Positions 1 to 11,789 of a stretch of DNA of 42,152 nt are shown here, one piece after another; the stretch's first letter is position 1; every line of letters starts with the position of its first letter. The translations under genes were made by a program, and so were the position numbers. Below the pieces are notes generated by a model, which saw only the letters and a program-made list of their open reading frames with translations, had not been told where the DNA came from and did no database searches. The stretch is from Chiloscyllium plagiosum (taxonomy: Eukaryota): positions 2,597 through 44,748 of the forward strand of contig NW_025214490.1 in assembly GCF_004010195.1 (NCBI RefSeq). Direction: 5' to 3'.

Positions 1-414
1 CTTGTTCGATTTCTCAGGATGAGGGAGCTGATCTTTGGGAAATTTTGGGAACAGAATGTAGGGTTGACTGAAGTTAAGCACATGAAAAGGACCGTTGAGG
101 TGAATTGAGCGCAGGATCAGAGTCAAATCGCAGCCCGGGGATGGAGGGGGGAGATACAACTGGATATGGGAGGGTGCCGCCTGTGGGATCCGACTGTGCA
201 CCCCCGTTTCCGGACAGGGCAGCCATGAAGGGATGTGCCGGCAAAAGGCTTTATATGAATGCAGATTGTTGCTGTTTTAAAACTTGCTCAACGCCAGGTG
301 TACAGTGGGGGAGGGAGAGAAGACACCGATCTTTATCTTAACCTGGAGCGCAGAGGTTAAGAGGAGCGAGGGGAATGCCAGAACCTGATAAAACACTGGT
401 CAGGACCAGCCAGA

Positions 415-1576
415 TTCCTCTCACAGAATGCCCACAGTGTGGAAACAGGCCCTTCGGCCCAACAAGTCCACACTGACCCTCTGAAGAGTAATCCAGACCC
501 ATTCCCTGAACCGATTACTTGACACTTTACCCCTGACCAAGTGCCTAACCTGCACATCCCTGGGCATTATGGGTAATTTAGCACGGCCAATCCACCCTGA
601 CCTGTGCATCCCTGGGCACTATGGGTAATTTAGCATGGCCAATCCACACTAACCTGCACATCCCTGGGCATTATGGGTAATTTAGCATGGCAAATCCACC
701 CTGACCTGTGCATCCCTGGGCACTATGGGTAATTTAGCATGAATCCACCCAAACCTGCACATCCCTGGGCACTACGGGTAATTTAGCACGGCCAATCCAC
801 CCTGACCTGTGCATCCCTGGGCACTATGGGTAATTTAGCATGGCCAATCCACCCTTACCTGCATATCCCTAGACACTATAGGTAATTTAGCACGGCCAAT
901 CCACCCTAACCTGCACATCCCTGGGCACTATGGGTAATTTAGCACGGCCAATCCACCCTGACCTGCGCATCCCTGGGCACTATGGGTAATTTAGCATGGC
1001 CAATCCACCCTGACCTGCGCATCCCTGGACACTATGGGTAATTTAGCACGGCCAACCCACCCTAACCTGCACATCCCTGGGCACTATGGGTAATTTAGCA
1101 CGGCCAATCCACCCTAACCTGCACATCCCTGGGCACTATGGGTAATTTAGCACGGCCAATCCACCCTGACCTGCGCATCCCTGGGCACTATGGGTAATTT
1201 AGCATGGCCAATCCACCCTGACCTGCGCATCCCTGGGCACTATGGGTAATTTAGCACGGCCAACCCACCCTAATCTGCACATTCCTGGGCACCATGGGTA
1301 ATTTAGCATGGCCAATCCACCCTAACCTGCACCTCCTTGGGCACTACGGGTAATTTAGCACGGCCAATCCACCCTAACCTGCACCTCCTTGGGCACTATG
1401 GGTAATTTAGCACACCCTATCCACCCCATACCTGCACATCATTGGACTATGGGAGGAAACCGGAGCACCCGGAGGAAACCCACGCAGACACATGGGGGGG
1501 ATTGTGTAAACTCCACACAGACAGTCGCCCCGAGGCTGGAATCGAACCCGGGTCCCTTGGCGCTGTGAGACAGCGA
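415..1576 (-). mobile_element. HE1-like V-SINE with internal 52-bp tandem expansion
   Basis: 1450-1576 is the reverse complement of the SINE head and core (ggaggaaaccggagcacccggaggaaacccacgcagaca...gaatcgaacccgggtcc). The tail (gtggaaacaggcccttcggcccaacaagtcc) is at ~440-480. The same element recurs at 8848, 10813, 33225 and 39980. Confidence 0.75.
547..1440. repeat. 52-bp minisatellite (~17 copies), SINE-derived
   Basis: Unit ctgggcactatgggtaatttagcacggccaatccaccctaacctgcacatcc; period 52 (copies at 921 and 973). Confidence 0.92.
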
Positions 1577-1739
1577 TGCGATCTAATTGTATGAGAGAGG
1601 GCCAGGTATATGGTTAACCCCTCTGGCTCTCCACGGTCTCACAATATTCCCCAAACTCTCTCCTCTCCATTCCCAGGGCTTTTCCCAATGTCCATCTCTT
1701 CCCAGAGACTCATACCAGATTAGCTGCCACTCCATTAGA

Positions 1740-2370
1740 TACTTGGAGTCACGCAGCGTGGAAACAGACCCTTCGGCCCACTCAGGCCATGCCGACCGTG
1801 CTCCCAAATTAAACCAGTGCCCCCACCTGCCTGTCATACCCCTCCAAACCGTTCCTATCCGTGGACCGATCCAAATCTCTCTTCAACGTCATAACTGTCC
1901 CTCCGGCAGCTCATACCACACACGCACCACCCTCTGTGCGAAAAAACTGACCCCCTCATGTCATTTCTAAATCTTTCTCTCTGCACCTTTAGAAAAACAT
2001 GCCGCCCATGGCTTTGAACTCCACACCCACCACCAACGCCCACCCCCTCCACCCCACGCCAGTCTTTGCTATTCACCTTATCTGTGTCCCTCCTGATTTG
2101 ACGAACCTCCATAAGGTCACCCCCTCAACTCCAGGGGTAAAACAAAATCCCACCGCCTCTTTGCACTCACGAACCAATCCCCGTGTTAAGAAAACAATTG
2201 CCCCTCAACGTCCTGGTAAAATCGCTCTCCTCTCCCCTGAAACATATGCCCCCTCATCTTGAAATTCCCCCCGCCTCCCCCTCCCCCCTCCCGAGGGAAA
2301 ATCCCCTCGCCGGTCACCTTCATGATTTTAAACAAAACCTCTCACGCTCCAGTGAAAAGAGCCCCAGCCT
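1740..2370 (-). mobile_element. Degenerate CR1 LINE 3'-end fragments
   Basis: Resembles reverse-complemented CR1 3' ends seen elsewhere in the window (accaccctctgtgcgaaaaa, ctattcaccttatctgtg, ctccagtgaaaagagccccagcct). No intact ORF. Confidence 0.5.
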
Positions 2371-3019
2371 ATAACCCCCCCTTCCACAGTTCACTAACCT
2401 CATTAGGGGACGTACAATTTGACTAATTGTTCGAAAATTTGGGGTAGCAGTTCCAAGAAATTTGGATGGTTACGCCTCGTGTCAGAAACCTTTTGCGTTG
2501 CGAGTGGTTTCTCTGTCTACGAGATATCCCTACCTTTACCCTCGGGCGTCTGATAATGTGTTCACTCACCCCAATGTGTCTGTCGGTAATCCAACTCTGC
2601 CCGTGATGATATGGGGTTTGCTTTTACTGTTTGAGACTGGTTTGTGCACAGATTTTAATCTTTACCTTGAATGCTTCTGCAATTGTTTGCTGTATTTAGG
2701 CGAATCTGTAATTACTTCAGAGTCTATCTGATTATTTGAGGGATAACAGACTGATCAAAGGGGGGGATACATAAATTAAATGCGGAGTGAAGTGTTTTCA
2801 TGTCTTTTGCATTTCCTTAGCTGTCTATTCTGACACGTCGAACCTACAGAGCCAATTTTGGTAGACTTGTCAAGGCTACGTTAATCAAATCTGTCCCCAA
2901 AGTCCTTAACTACTGTCGGCCATTTTGTGCTCCTAATGTCACGGGTGGCCGGCAGCCATTTTGTCCTGCTCTGTCATGGGGAGCTCAAAGAGGGGAGATG
3001 TGATGGCACTGGGGAGGGT

Positions 3020-3495
3020 GCAGAGGAGATTTATCAGAATGTTGCCTTCGGTTTGGGAGACATTTACCAGGATGTTGCCCTGGGGCTGGGAGAGATTTAC
3101 CAGGATGTTGCCCTGGGGGGTGGGAGAGATTTACCAGGATGTTACCCTGGGGCTGGGAGAGATTTACCAGGATGTTACCCTGGGGGTTGGGAGAGATCTA
3201 CCAGGATGTTACCCTGGGGGTTGGGAGAGATTTACCAGGATGTTGCCCTGGGGGGCTGGGAGAGATTTACCAGGATGTTGCCCTGGGGGTTGGGAGAGAT
3301 TTACCAGGCTGTTGCCCTGGGGCTGGGAGAGATTTACCAGGATATTACCCTGGGGGTTGGGAGAGATTTACCAGGATGTTGCCCTGGGGCTGGGAGAGAT
3401 TTACCAGGATGTTGCCTGGGGGCTGGGAGAGATTTACCAGGTTGTTGCCCTGGGGGTTGGGAGAGATTTACCAGGATGTTGCCCTGGGGCGCTGG
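3020..3495. repeat. ~35-bp minisatellite amplified from a CR1 ORF2 fragment
   Basis: Unit ggagagatttaccaggatgttgccctgggggttg. It translates to (E)RFTRMLP and is preceded by RVQRRFIRMLP, the CR1 ORF2 C-terminal motif. The three overlapping ORFs at 2927-3612 result from this repeat. Confidence 0.8.
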
Positions 3496-3749
3496 ACCGG
3501 TTTAGTTGTGGAGAGAGACTGGAATTATTTTCCTCCCCGTGAAGGAGATTTTAGGCGGAGTAGTGACGAGAGGCGGAGACAGGGTAGACAGGGTGAAACG
3601 TTACCCCCTTGACAGAGGGGGGTCAATGAATGGAGGATTTAAGGTGAGCAGCAAGAGTTTACTCGCATAAAAATCGGATTGGAACAGTTCGGGGGGGTGG
3701 GGGTTGTGCAGATTCGATGGGCAGGGTGGACTCTCTCTGGATAAGACCA

Positions 3750-4700
3750 GAAGACATCGGAGCAGAAGTTGGGCCATTCAGCCCATCCGGGTCCGCCATT
3801 GAATCGGCGCGGATCAGTTTCTCAATCCCATTCTCCTGTGCTGTCTCCCCATAACCCTCCATCCCCTTGATACTCAAGAACGTCTCTCTCTCAGTCTTCA
3901 ATATCCTCGGTGACCTGGCCTCCCACAGCCTCCTGCGGCAGTGAATTCCACCGATTCACCGCTCTCTGGCTGGAGAGGTTTCTCCTTACCTCCGTTCTGA
4001 AAGGCCTTCCCTTTACTCTAAGGCCGTGCCCTCGGCTCCTAGTCTCTCCAGCCAATGGAAACACCTTCCCAGCGTCCAGTCTGTCCAGGCCGGTCAGTAT
4101 TCCGTCAATGTCAGTCAGGCCCCTTCCTCATCTTTCTGCACTCCATCCAGAACGGACTCAGAGTCCTCAAACATTCCTCCCTTGCGAAGCTGTTTTATTC
4201 AGAGAACATAGAAGGTTCCAGAACAGTCCAGGCCCTGCAGCCCACAACGTTGCACCGACCTGTGAAATTCATCTGATGCCCATCTAACCTGCACCGTTCC
4301 GTTATTATCCAGATGTACGTCCAATGCCCATCTAAGCGCCCTTAGCGTCGGCGAGTTGCTCGGCCCTCCTACTCTCTGAGTAAAGAAACTACCCCTCATA
4401 TCTGTCCTAAAGCTCTCAGTTTGAAGCCATGTCCCCTCGTACTAGCCATCACCATCTGAGGAACAAGGCTCTCACTCTCCACTCTATCCAACCCTCGGAT
4501 TATCGTACAGATCTCGATTAAGTCGCCTCCCGACCTCCCTCACTCCGGCGAAAACAGCCTCAAGTCCCTCAGCCTTTCCCCATCAGACCTTCCCCTCCAG
4601 ACCAGGCACCATCCTGGGAAATCTCCTCTGAGCCCTTTCCAAAGCTTCCACGTCCTTGCTCGAACGCGGTGACCGGAACTGCGCACAACGCGGTCAGACG
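3750..4700 (-). mobile_element. Nested decayed CR1 LINE 3' fragments
   Basis: Minus-strand translations MRGSFFTQRV and GERLRDLRLFS resemble the CR1 ORF2 C-terminus. Frameshifted. Confidence 0.6.
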
Positions 4701-5972
4701 GCACTCCCAGGGGGGATCGGTACATCTTCCCGGGATTGGCACTCCCCCCCGCCAACAGAAAGATCAGAGAGCAGGTGCTGGGGCTGAGGTAAACATGCCA
4801 GGCGGTGATATCCGATCTGTTATCACCCGGAGGCGTTGCCTGGCGGTTTCACATCCGCCTTTGTGGGTAATTATAGAGCTAGGCTGCGCCGTCAACAGGA
4901 AACACCTTGAGGGGCTGGTGAACAAACACAGAGCCCACAGTGCAACGTGGCAACTGAGTTTACGGGGGCGGGGGCGCGGTCGAGGATTGAGCATCTGCTG
5001 CTTGACCCGCCGTGCGTCCCCCACTCCCCCCAGCTTCGCCTCCAAGCCCCGAAAGAGACCCTTCAGCCCGAATCGTCTGTGCCGACCACAGTTCCCGAGC
5101 TGAACCAGACTCCCACCTGCCCGCTCCTGGCCAACCTCCTCAACCCTTTCCTATTCATGGATTTACCAAGTCTCTTTCAAACGTTATAATGGTAACCCAT
5201 ATCCACCACTCCCTCTGGCAGCTCATTCCCCCCCCCCCCCGCTGTGTTNNNNNNNNNNNNNNNNNNNNNNNNNNNNNNNNNNNNNNNNNNNNNNNNNNNN
5301 NNNNNNNNNNNNNNNNNNNNNNNNNNNNNNNNNNNNNNNNNNNNNNNNNNNNNNNNNNNNNNNNNNNNNNNNNNNNNNNNNNNNNNNNNNNNNNNNNNNN
5401 NNNNNNNNNNNNNNNNNNNNNNNNNNNNNNNNNNNNNNNNNNNNNNNNNNNNNNNNNNNNNNNNNNNNNNNNNNNNNNNNNNNNNNNNNNNNNNNNNNNN
5501 NNNNNNNNNNNNNNNNNNNNNNNNNNNNNNNNNNNNNNNNNNNNNNNNNNNNNNNNNNNNNNNNNNNNNNNNNNNNNNNNNNNNNNNNNNNNNNNNNNNN
5601 NNNNNNNNNNNNNNNNNNNNNNNNNNNNNNNNNNNNNNNNNNNNNNNNNNNNNNNNNNNNNNNNNNNNNNNNNNNNNNNNNNNNNNNNNNNNNNNNNNNN
5701 NNNNNNNNNNNNNNNNNNNNNNNNNNNNNNNNNNNNNNNNNNNNNNNNNNNNNNNNNNNNNNNNNNNNNNNNNNNNNNNNNNNNNNNNNNNNNNNNNNNN
5801 NNNNNNNNNNNNNNNNNNNNNNNNNNNNNNNNNNNNNNNNNNNNNNNNNNNNNNNNNNNNNNNNNNNNNNNNNNNNNNNNNNNNNNNNNNNNNNNNNNNN
5901 NNNNNNNNNNNNNNNNNNNNNNNNNNNNNNNNNNNNNNNNNNNNNNNNNNNNNNNNNNNNNNNNNNNNNNNN

Positions 5973-6257
5973 AAGGATGGTGTCCCTGAGCCCCTAGGTC
6001 CCCCTGTTCTCCAACACCTCACCCCCCTCCCCGTCTCCCTGTGACGGTAACTTCAAAGGATGGTGTCCCTGAGCCCCTAGGTCCCCCTGTTCTCCAACAC
6101 CTCACCCCCCTCCCCGTCTCCCTGTGACGGTAACTTCAAAGGATGGTGTCCCTGAGCCCCTAGGTCCCCCTGTTCTCCAACACCTCACCCCCCTCCCCGT
6201 CTCCCTGTGACGGTAACTTCAAAGGATGGTGTCCCTGAGCCCCTAGGTCCCCCTGTT
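5973..6257. repeat. 83-bp tandem repeat (~3.4 visible copies, abuts gap)
   Basis: Unit aaggatggtgtccctgagcccctagg...gacggtaacttca at 5973, 6056, 6139 and 6222. Copies are identical; the array probably extends into the N gap. Confidence 0.9.
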
Positions 6258-6319
6258 ATCCTACACCTTCCCAGAGCCCTACTGTGAACTGGATAAGTCC
6301 TGCCCATGTGTGTGTTTTC

Positions 6320-7391
6320 CCAAAATGTAAGGTAGTGCTGGGTAAGCTAATGGAGCTAAGGGTAGACAAGTCTCCTGGCCCAGATGGAGTGCATCCCAAG
6401 ATACTGAAAGAGACAGCGGTAGACACAGCACATACTCTTGTGGTAATTTTCCAAATTTGGCTGGACTCTGGAGCAGTTCCGGCCGGTTGGAAAACAGCAA
6501 TTGTGTCACCGCTGTTTAAAGGGGGAGGTAGACAAGTGCTGGGGAATGATAGGCCGGTTAGCTTAACCTCGTTGGTGGGGAAGATACTTGAATGAGTTAT
6601 CAAGGATGAAACAGCAGGGCATTGAGATAGAAATCGTCTCATTGGGCCGACACAGCGTGGATTCATGAAGGGCAGGTCATGCTTAACTAATCGTCTGGAA
6701 TTCTGTGAAGACATTACGAGCTAGGTGGATAATGGGGACCCAGTAGATGAGATGTATCTAGATTTCCAAAAGGCATTGGACAAAGTCCCACAGAGATGGC
6801 TGCTGGATGAGATGAACATGCGTGGCGTTACGGACAATGCATTAACATGGGTAGAGGATTGGCTATTCCGGCTGGCAATCAGTAACTAGTGGTGGCCCTC
6901 AGGGATCAGTGCCGGGACTGCAATTAATCACAATTTACAGCGATGATTTGGGAGTTGGTGACCACGCGCTGTGTGTTAAAGTTGCAAATGACACTAAGAT
7001 GAGTGACAGAGCAAAGTGTGCGGAGGGCTGTGAAACCTTGCAGAGCAACGTCGATACTTTGAGTGAGCGGGCACAGGTCTGACGGGTGGAACACAACGTT
7101 AGCAACGGTGAAGTCATCCATTTTGGTCAGAGTCCCAGTAAAAAGGACTATTACTTGAATGGTTGCAGGGGTTAAGATTAGAGAATAGGTGCAGGAGTAG
7201 GCCATTCTGCCCTTCGAGCCTGCACCACCATTCAATATGATCATGGCCGATCATCCTCACTCAGTATCCTGTTCCTGATCGAAAGCAGGGAGGTTATATT
7301 GCAGCTGTACAGGGTGTAGGTGAGGCCACACCTGGATTACTGCGTGCACTCTGCTCTCCTTACTTGAGAAACGATGGACTGGTAAAGGAGA
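6320..7391 (+). mobile_element. CR1 LINE ORF2 reverse transcriptase fragment (disrupted)
   Basis: KSPGPDGVHPKILKE, WKTAIVSPLFKGG, RPVSLTSLVGKILE, GFMKGRSCLTN and YLDFQKA motifs, with internal stops and frameshifts. Confidence 0.88.
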
Positions 7392-7920
7392 NNNNNNNNN
7401 NNNNNNNNNNNNNNNNNNNNNNNNNNNNNNNNNNNNNNNNNNNNNNNNNNNNNNNNNNNNNNNNNNNNNNNNNNNNNNNNNNNNNNNNNNNNNNNNNNNN
7501 NNNNNNNNNNNNNNNNNNNNNNNNNNNNNNNNNNNNNNNNNNNNNNNNNNNNNNNNNNNNNNNNNNNNNNNNNNNNNNNNNNNNNNNNNNNNNNNNNNNN
7601 NNNNNNNNNNNNNNNNNNNNNNNNNNNNNNNNNNNNNNNNNNNNNNNNNNNNNNNNNNNNNNNNNNNNNNNNNNNNNNNNNNNNNNNNNNNNNNNNNNNN
7701 NNNNNNNNNNNNNNNNNNNNNNNNNNNNNNNNNNNNNNNNNNNNNNNNNNNNNNNNNNNNNNNNNNNNNNNNNNNNNNNNNNNNNNNNNNNNNNNNNNNN
7801 NNNNNNNNNNNNNNNNNNNNNNNNNNNNNNNNNNNNNNNNNNNNNNNNNNNNNNNNNNNNNNNNNNNNNNNNNNNNNNNNNNNNNNNNNNNNNNNNNNNN
7901 NNNNNNNNNNNNNNNNNNNN

Positions 7921-8650
7921 CTGGTGAAATAGGTGTGGATCCCGCGGGGGGGGGGGGGGGGGGGGTTTGTAAGGTCCCGAGGCGGAAGACGAGGCGTTCT
8001 TCCTCCGGGCGTCGGGTGGTGAGGGGGTTTGATGGAGGAGGCCCAGGACTTGCAGGCCCTCGGCAGAGTGGGAGGGGGAAGTTGACGCGTTCGGCCAAGG
8101 GGCTGTAGGGGTTGGCGGGCGACCCAGAGATGTCCTCTGAGACGTCCCGCGAGTCGGCGTCCTCGCTCCCCGATAGAGGGGAGACCACATCGAGAGCGAC
8201 GGACGCGGCCGATGAGGTGTTCGGAGGTGCAGGAAAATCTGTCGGGTGTGGCAGGGTGGGGGAGGTGTGGGCGCAGGTTTTACACCGCCTGAGGCGGCGA
8301 GGTGCCCAGGCGTGGAGAGTGGGTCGGTGATGGGGCGTGGAGCTGCCGAGGGAGTCAGGGAGAGGAGTGGTCCATGCGGAATGCTGGTAGGGGTGGGGAG
8401 GGAAATATCGCTCTGGTGGCGGGGTCCAACGGTAGATTGGCGGAACTGGTGGCGGACGGTGCGTTGTATCTGGAGATGAGTGCGGTGGAAGGTGAGGACC
8501 AGGGTGGGGGCTGAGCCCTTGTCGCGATTGGAGGGCGGAGGTGCGGGACGTGGAGCAGATGCGCTGGAGGGCGTGGGTTGACCACGTGGGAGGGGAAATC
8601 GCGGTCCTTGAAACCGGAGGCCATCTGAGAGCCCCTCCTGGGACTGAGGA
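7921..8650 (-). mobile_element. Penelope-like (GIY-YIG) retroelement remnant
   Basis: Minus-strand translations contain PTLVLTFH, CKTCAH and RRPEEERLVFRLGTLQ, typical of the C-terminal region of vertebrate Penelope-like elements. Frameshifted. Confidence 0.65.
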
Positions 8651-8847
8651 GGTGGGTGTACTCCAGGTAGCCAGTGGGTTTGTGGTGGGGGTCCATGTTC
8701 TCGGTCGGCGGGGGGGGAATGGAAACAGAGAAGTCCACATTTTGACTCTGATGTTCTTCTGTCATCGAAATTAAACTCTATCTGCCCCCTCCTCAGCCCA
8801 ACAAGACAATTTTGTCTCCAACTGGCAAGCCCTCCCGGAATCCCACG

Positions 8848-9139
8848 TGGGCACTGCTGCCTCACAGCGCCAGAGACCCGGCTTCAATTCCCGCCTCGGG
8901 CGACTGACTGTGTGGAGTTTGCACGTACTCCCCGTGTCCGCGTGGGTTTCCTCCGGGTGCTCCGGTTTCCTCCCACAGTCCAAAGATGTGCGGGTTAGGT
9001 GAATTGCCCAGGCTAAATTGCCCGTAGTGTTAGGTGAAGGGGTAAACATAGGGGTATGGGTCTGGGTGGGTTGCTCTTCAGAGGGTCGGTGTGGACTTGT
9101 TGGGCCGAATGGCCTGTTTCCACACTGGAGGGAATCTAA
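8848..9139 (+). mobile_element. HE1-like V-SINE
   Basis: Head gcactgctgcctcacagcgccag, core gtgggtttcctccgggtgctccggtttcctcccacagtccaaagatgtgc, tail gggccgaatggcctgtttccacactg. Confidence 0.85.
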
Positions 9140-9319
9140 TCGAGTGATCACACATCAGTGGTTACTTATTTATTGACTACCTGTCTTTCAAGACGGACCT
9201 TTCCCGAAGAACTCACCGCATCATCCACTGAACCTGAAAAGCCACTCCCAGCAAGGGTACTTGGGGCCTGACTCGCCCAAAAGGGAGATTACCTCTGAGG
9301 GGGTGGGGTGGCTACATGG

Positions 9320-10714
9320 GAACCCCCCAGGATGGTGATATCGGAGGGGGGGAGGGGGATTTAGTGATGGTGACACCATTGAATGTCAAGGGGGCGATGG
9401 TTAGATTCTCTCTCAACGGTAACCCCCAGGATGGTGATAGTGGGGGGGAGGGGGGATTCAGTGATGGTAACGCCATTGACCGTCAAGGGGGCGATGGTTA
9501 GATTCTCTCTCAACGGTAACCCCCAGGATGGTGATAGTGGGGGGGAGGGGGGATTCAGTGATGGTAACGCCATTGACCGTCAAGGGGGCGATGGTTAGAT
9601 TCTCTCTCAACGGTAACCCCCAGGATGGTGATAGTGGGGGGGAGGGGGGATTCAGTGATGGTAACGCCATTGACCGTCAAGGGGGCGATGGTTAGATTCT
9701 CTCTCAACGGTAACCCCCAGGATGGTGATAGTGGGGGGGAGGGGGGATTCAGTGATGGTAACGCCATTGACCGTCAAGGGGGCGATGGTTAGATTCTCTC
9801 TCAACGGTAACCCCCAGGATGGTGATAGTGGGGGGGAGGGGGGATTCAGTGATGGTAACGCCATTGACCGTCAAGGGGGCGATGGTTAGATTCTCTCTCA
9901 ACGGTAACCCCCAGGATGGTGATAGTGGGGGGGAGGGGGGATTCAGTGATGGTAACGCCATTGACCGTCAAGGGGGCGATGGTTAGATTCTCTCTCAACG
10001 GTAACCCCCAGGATGGTGATAGTGGGGGGGAGGGGGGATTCAGTGATGGTAACGCCATTGACCGTCAAGGGGGCGATGGTTAGATTCTCTCTCAACGGTA
10101 ACCCCCAGGATGGTGATAGTGGGGGGGAGGGGGGATTCAGTGATGGTAACGCCATTGACCGTCAAGGGGGCGATGGTTAGATTCTCTCTCAACGGTAACC
10201 CCCAGGATGGTGATAGTGGGGGGGAGGGGGGATTCAGTGATGGTAACGCCATTGACCGTCAAGGGGGCGATGGTTAGATTCTCTCTCAACGGTAACCCCC
10301 AGGATGGTGATAGTGGGGGGGAGGGGGGATTCAGTGATGGTAACGCCATTGACCGTCAAGGGGGCGATGGTTAGATTCTCTCTCAACGGTAACCCCCAGG
10401 ATGGTGATAGTGGGGGGGAGGGGGGATTCAGTGATGGTAACGCCATTGACCGTCAAGGGGGCGATGGTTAGATTCTCTCTCAACGGTAACCCCCAGGATG
10501 GTGATAGTGGGGGGGAGGGGGGATTCAGTGATGGTAACGCCATTGACCGTCAAGGGGGCGATGGTTAGATTCTCTCTCAACGGTAACCCCCAGGATGGTG
10601 ATAGTGGGGGGGAGGGGGGATTCAGTGATGGTAACGCCATTGACCGTCAAGGGGGCGATGGTTAGATTCTCTCTCAACGGTAACCCCCAGGATGGTGATA
10701 GTGGGGGGGAGGGG
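9320..10714. repeat. 97-bp tandem repeat (~14 near-identical copies)
   Basis: Identical 70-aa minus-strand ORFs recur every 97 bp. Unit cccaggatggtgatagtgggggggagggggattcagtgatggtaacgccattgaccgtcaagggggcgatggttagattctctctcaacggtaacc. Confidence 0.95.
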
Positions 10715-10812
10715 CTGTACAGGACATTGGTTAGGCCACTGTTGGAATATTGCGTGCAATTCTGGTCTCCTTCCTATCGGAAAGATGTTGTGAAACTTGA
10801 AAGGGTTCAGAA
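10715..10812 (+). mobile_element. CR1 ORF2 fragment
   Basis: Translates to [33 protein letters not shown], a canonical CR1 motif. Confidence 0.85.
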
Positions 10813-11240
10813 AAGCACCAGGGACCCGGGTTCGATGTCACGCTCGGGGCGACTGCCTGTGTGGGAGTTTGCGGATTCTGCCCCCGTGTCTGCGTGGGTT
10901 TCTTCCGGGTGCTCCGGTTTCCTCCCACACACCGAAAATGCGCAGGTCAGGGTGGATTGGCCGTGCTAAATTACCCATAGTGTCCATGGATGTGCAGGTT
11001 AGGGAGGATTGGCCATGCTAAATTACCCATAGTGTCCATGGATGTGCAGGTCAGGGTGGATTGGCCGTGCTAAATTACCCATAGTGCCCAGGGATGTGCA
11101 GGTTAGGGTGGATTGGCCGTGCTAAATTACCCATAGTGCCCAGGGATATGAGGGGTGGTTTGGCCGTGCTAAATTACCCATAGTGCCCAGGGATGTGAGG
11201 GGTGGTTTGGCCACGGGGAAATGCAGGGTTATGGGGACAA
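10813..11240 (+). mobile_element. HE1-like V-SINE with 52-bp tandem expansion (~5 copies)
   Basis: ccagggacccgggttcgat head and core, then repeats of ggtggattggccgtgctaaattacccatagtg. Confidence 0.8.
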
Positions 11241-11389
11241 GGGTGCAGGAGCTGGGTCTCGTTAAATTGAAACATTGGACGTTACACTCCTGTCGGGGAC
11301 TGGGCGCTATATAAATGCGACCTCCAGTCAGCGCGACACCACCCCCACCCACCCCCATTCCACTCTGTCCTGACCTGCCTCTCTTCCAG

Positions 11390-11743
11390 GTGCCAAGTCG
11401 AGCCAAGCCCTCGGCGACGCCCCGTCAGTCTCAGTAACCGCGGGAGGCACTGCCGCCCTGAAGTGCCAGGTTAAAGGCCTGAACGTCGCGGACTACGGCG
11501 GCTTTTGGTACCATCTGCGGACAGTGCAGGCGCCGCGGTGGGTGCTGGTTCACTGGGCAAACGGCGGCATCGTGCGGGGCACGGGCTACACTGACCGCTT
11601 CCAACCGTCCAGGGACGCGGGCACCAGCAGCTACGTCCTGACCATCACGAGCATCGCTGGAGCAGACACTGGCACCTACTACTGTGCCACAGTCAAAGAC
11701 AACCAGGTCATCTTTGGCAACGGAGTTCACCTATTCATCGCCA
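11390..11743 (+). CDS. Germline-joined V-J exon of an Ig light-chain/antigen-receptor-like gene (VJ-C1)
   Basis: Pyrimidine tract plus AG at 11388-89 (phase 1), with an in-frame stop upstream at 11371. Reads (x)AKSSQALGDAPSVSVTAGGTAALKCQVKGLNVADYGGFWYHLRTVQAPRWVLVHWANGGIVRGTGYTDRFQPSRDAGTSSYVLTITSIAGADTGTYYCATVKDNQVIFGNGVHLFIA. B-strand Cys 11464, Trp 11506, DTGTYYC Cys 11683, J motif FGNG 11713-11724. Donor A|GTGAGT at 11744 (phase 1). Confidence 0.93.
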
Positions 11744-11789
11744 GTGAGTGTTCACTTCGCGGGAGATACCGCCGGGCACTCGGATCCTG

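Noticed and set aside
5012-8865. ORFs spanning runs of X
   Set aside because: Artefacts of the N gaps; likewise at 32503-32972.
9320-10714. CRISPR-like or multi-copy small gene array
   Set aside because: Perfect tandem units without unique spacers, in a eukaryotic context. The same applies to the 299-bp array.
11308-11317. TATATAAA plus ATG just upstream of the V exon as a promoter
   Set aside because: The ATG is out of frame and overlaps the box, and ggcgctatataaatgc resembles a common LINE/SINE 3' tail.
11680-11694. RSS-like heptamers at the V end (TACTGTG at 11680, CACAGTC at 11688)
   Set aside because: No nonamer at 12 or 23 bp downstream of CACAGTC; both are explained by the YCATV codons.
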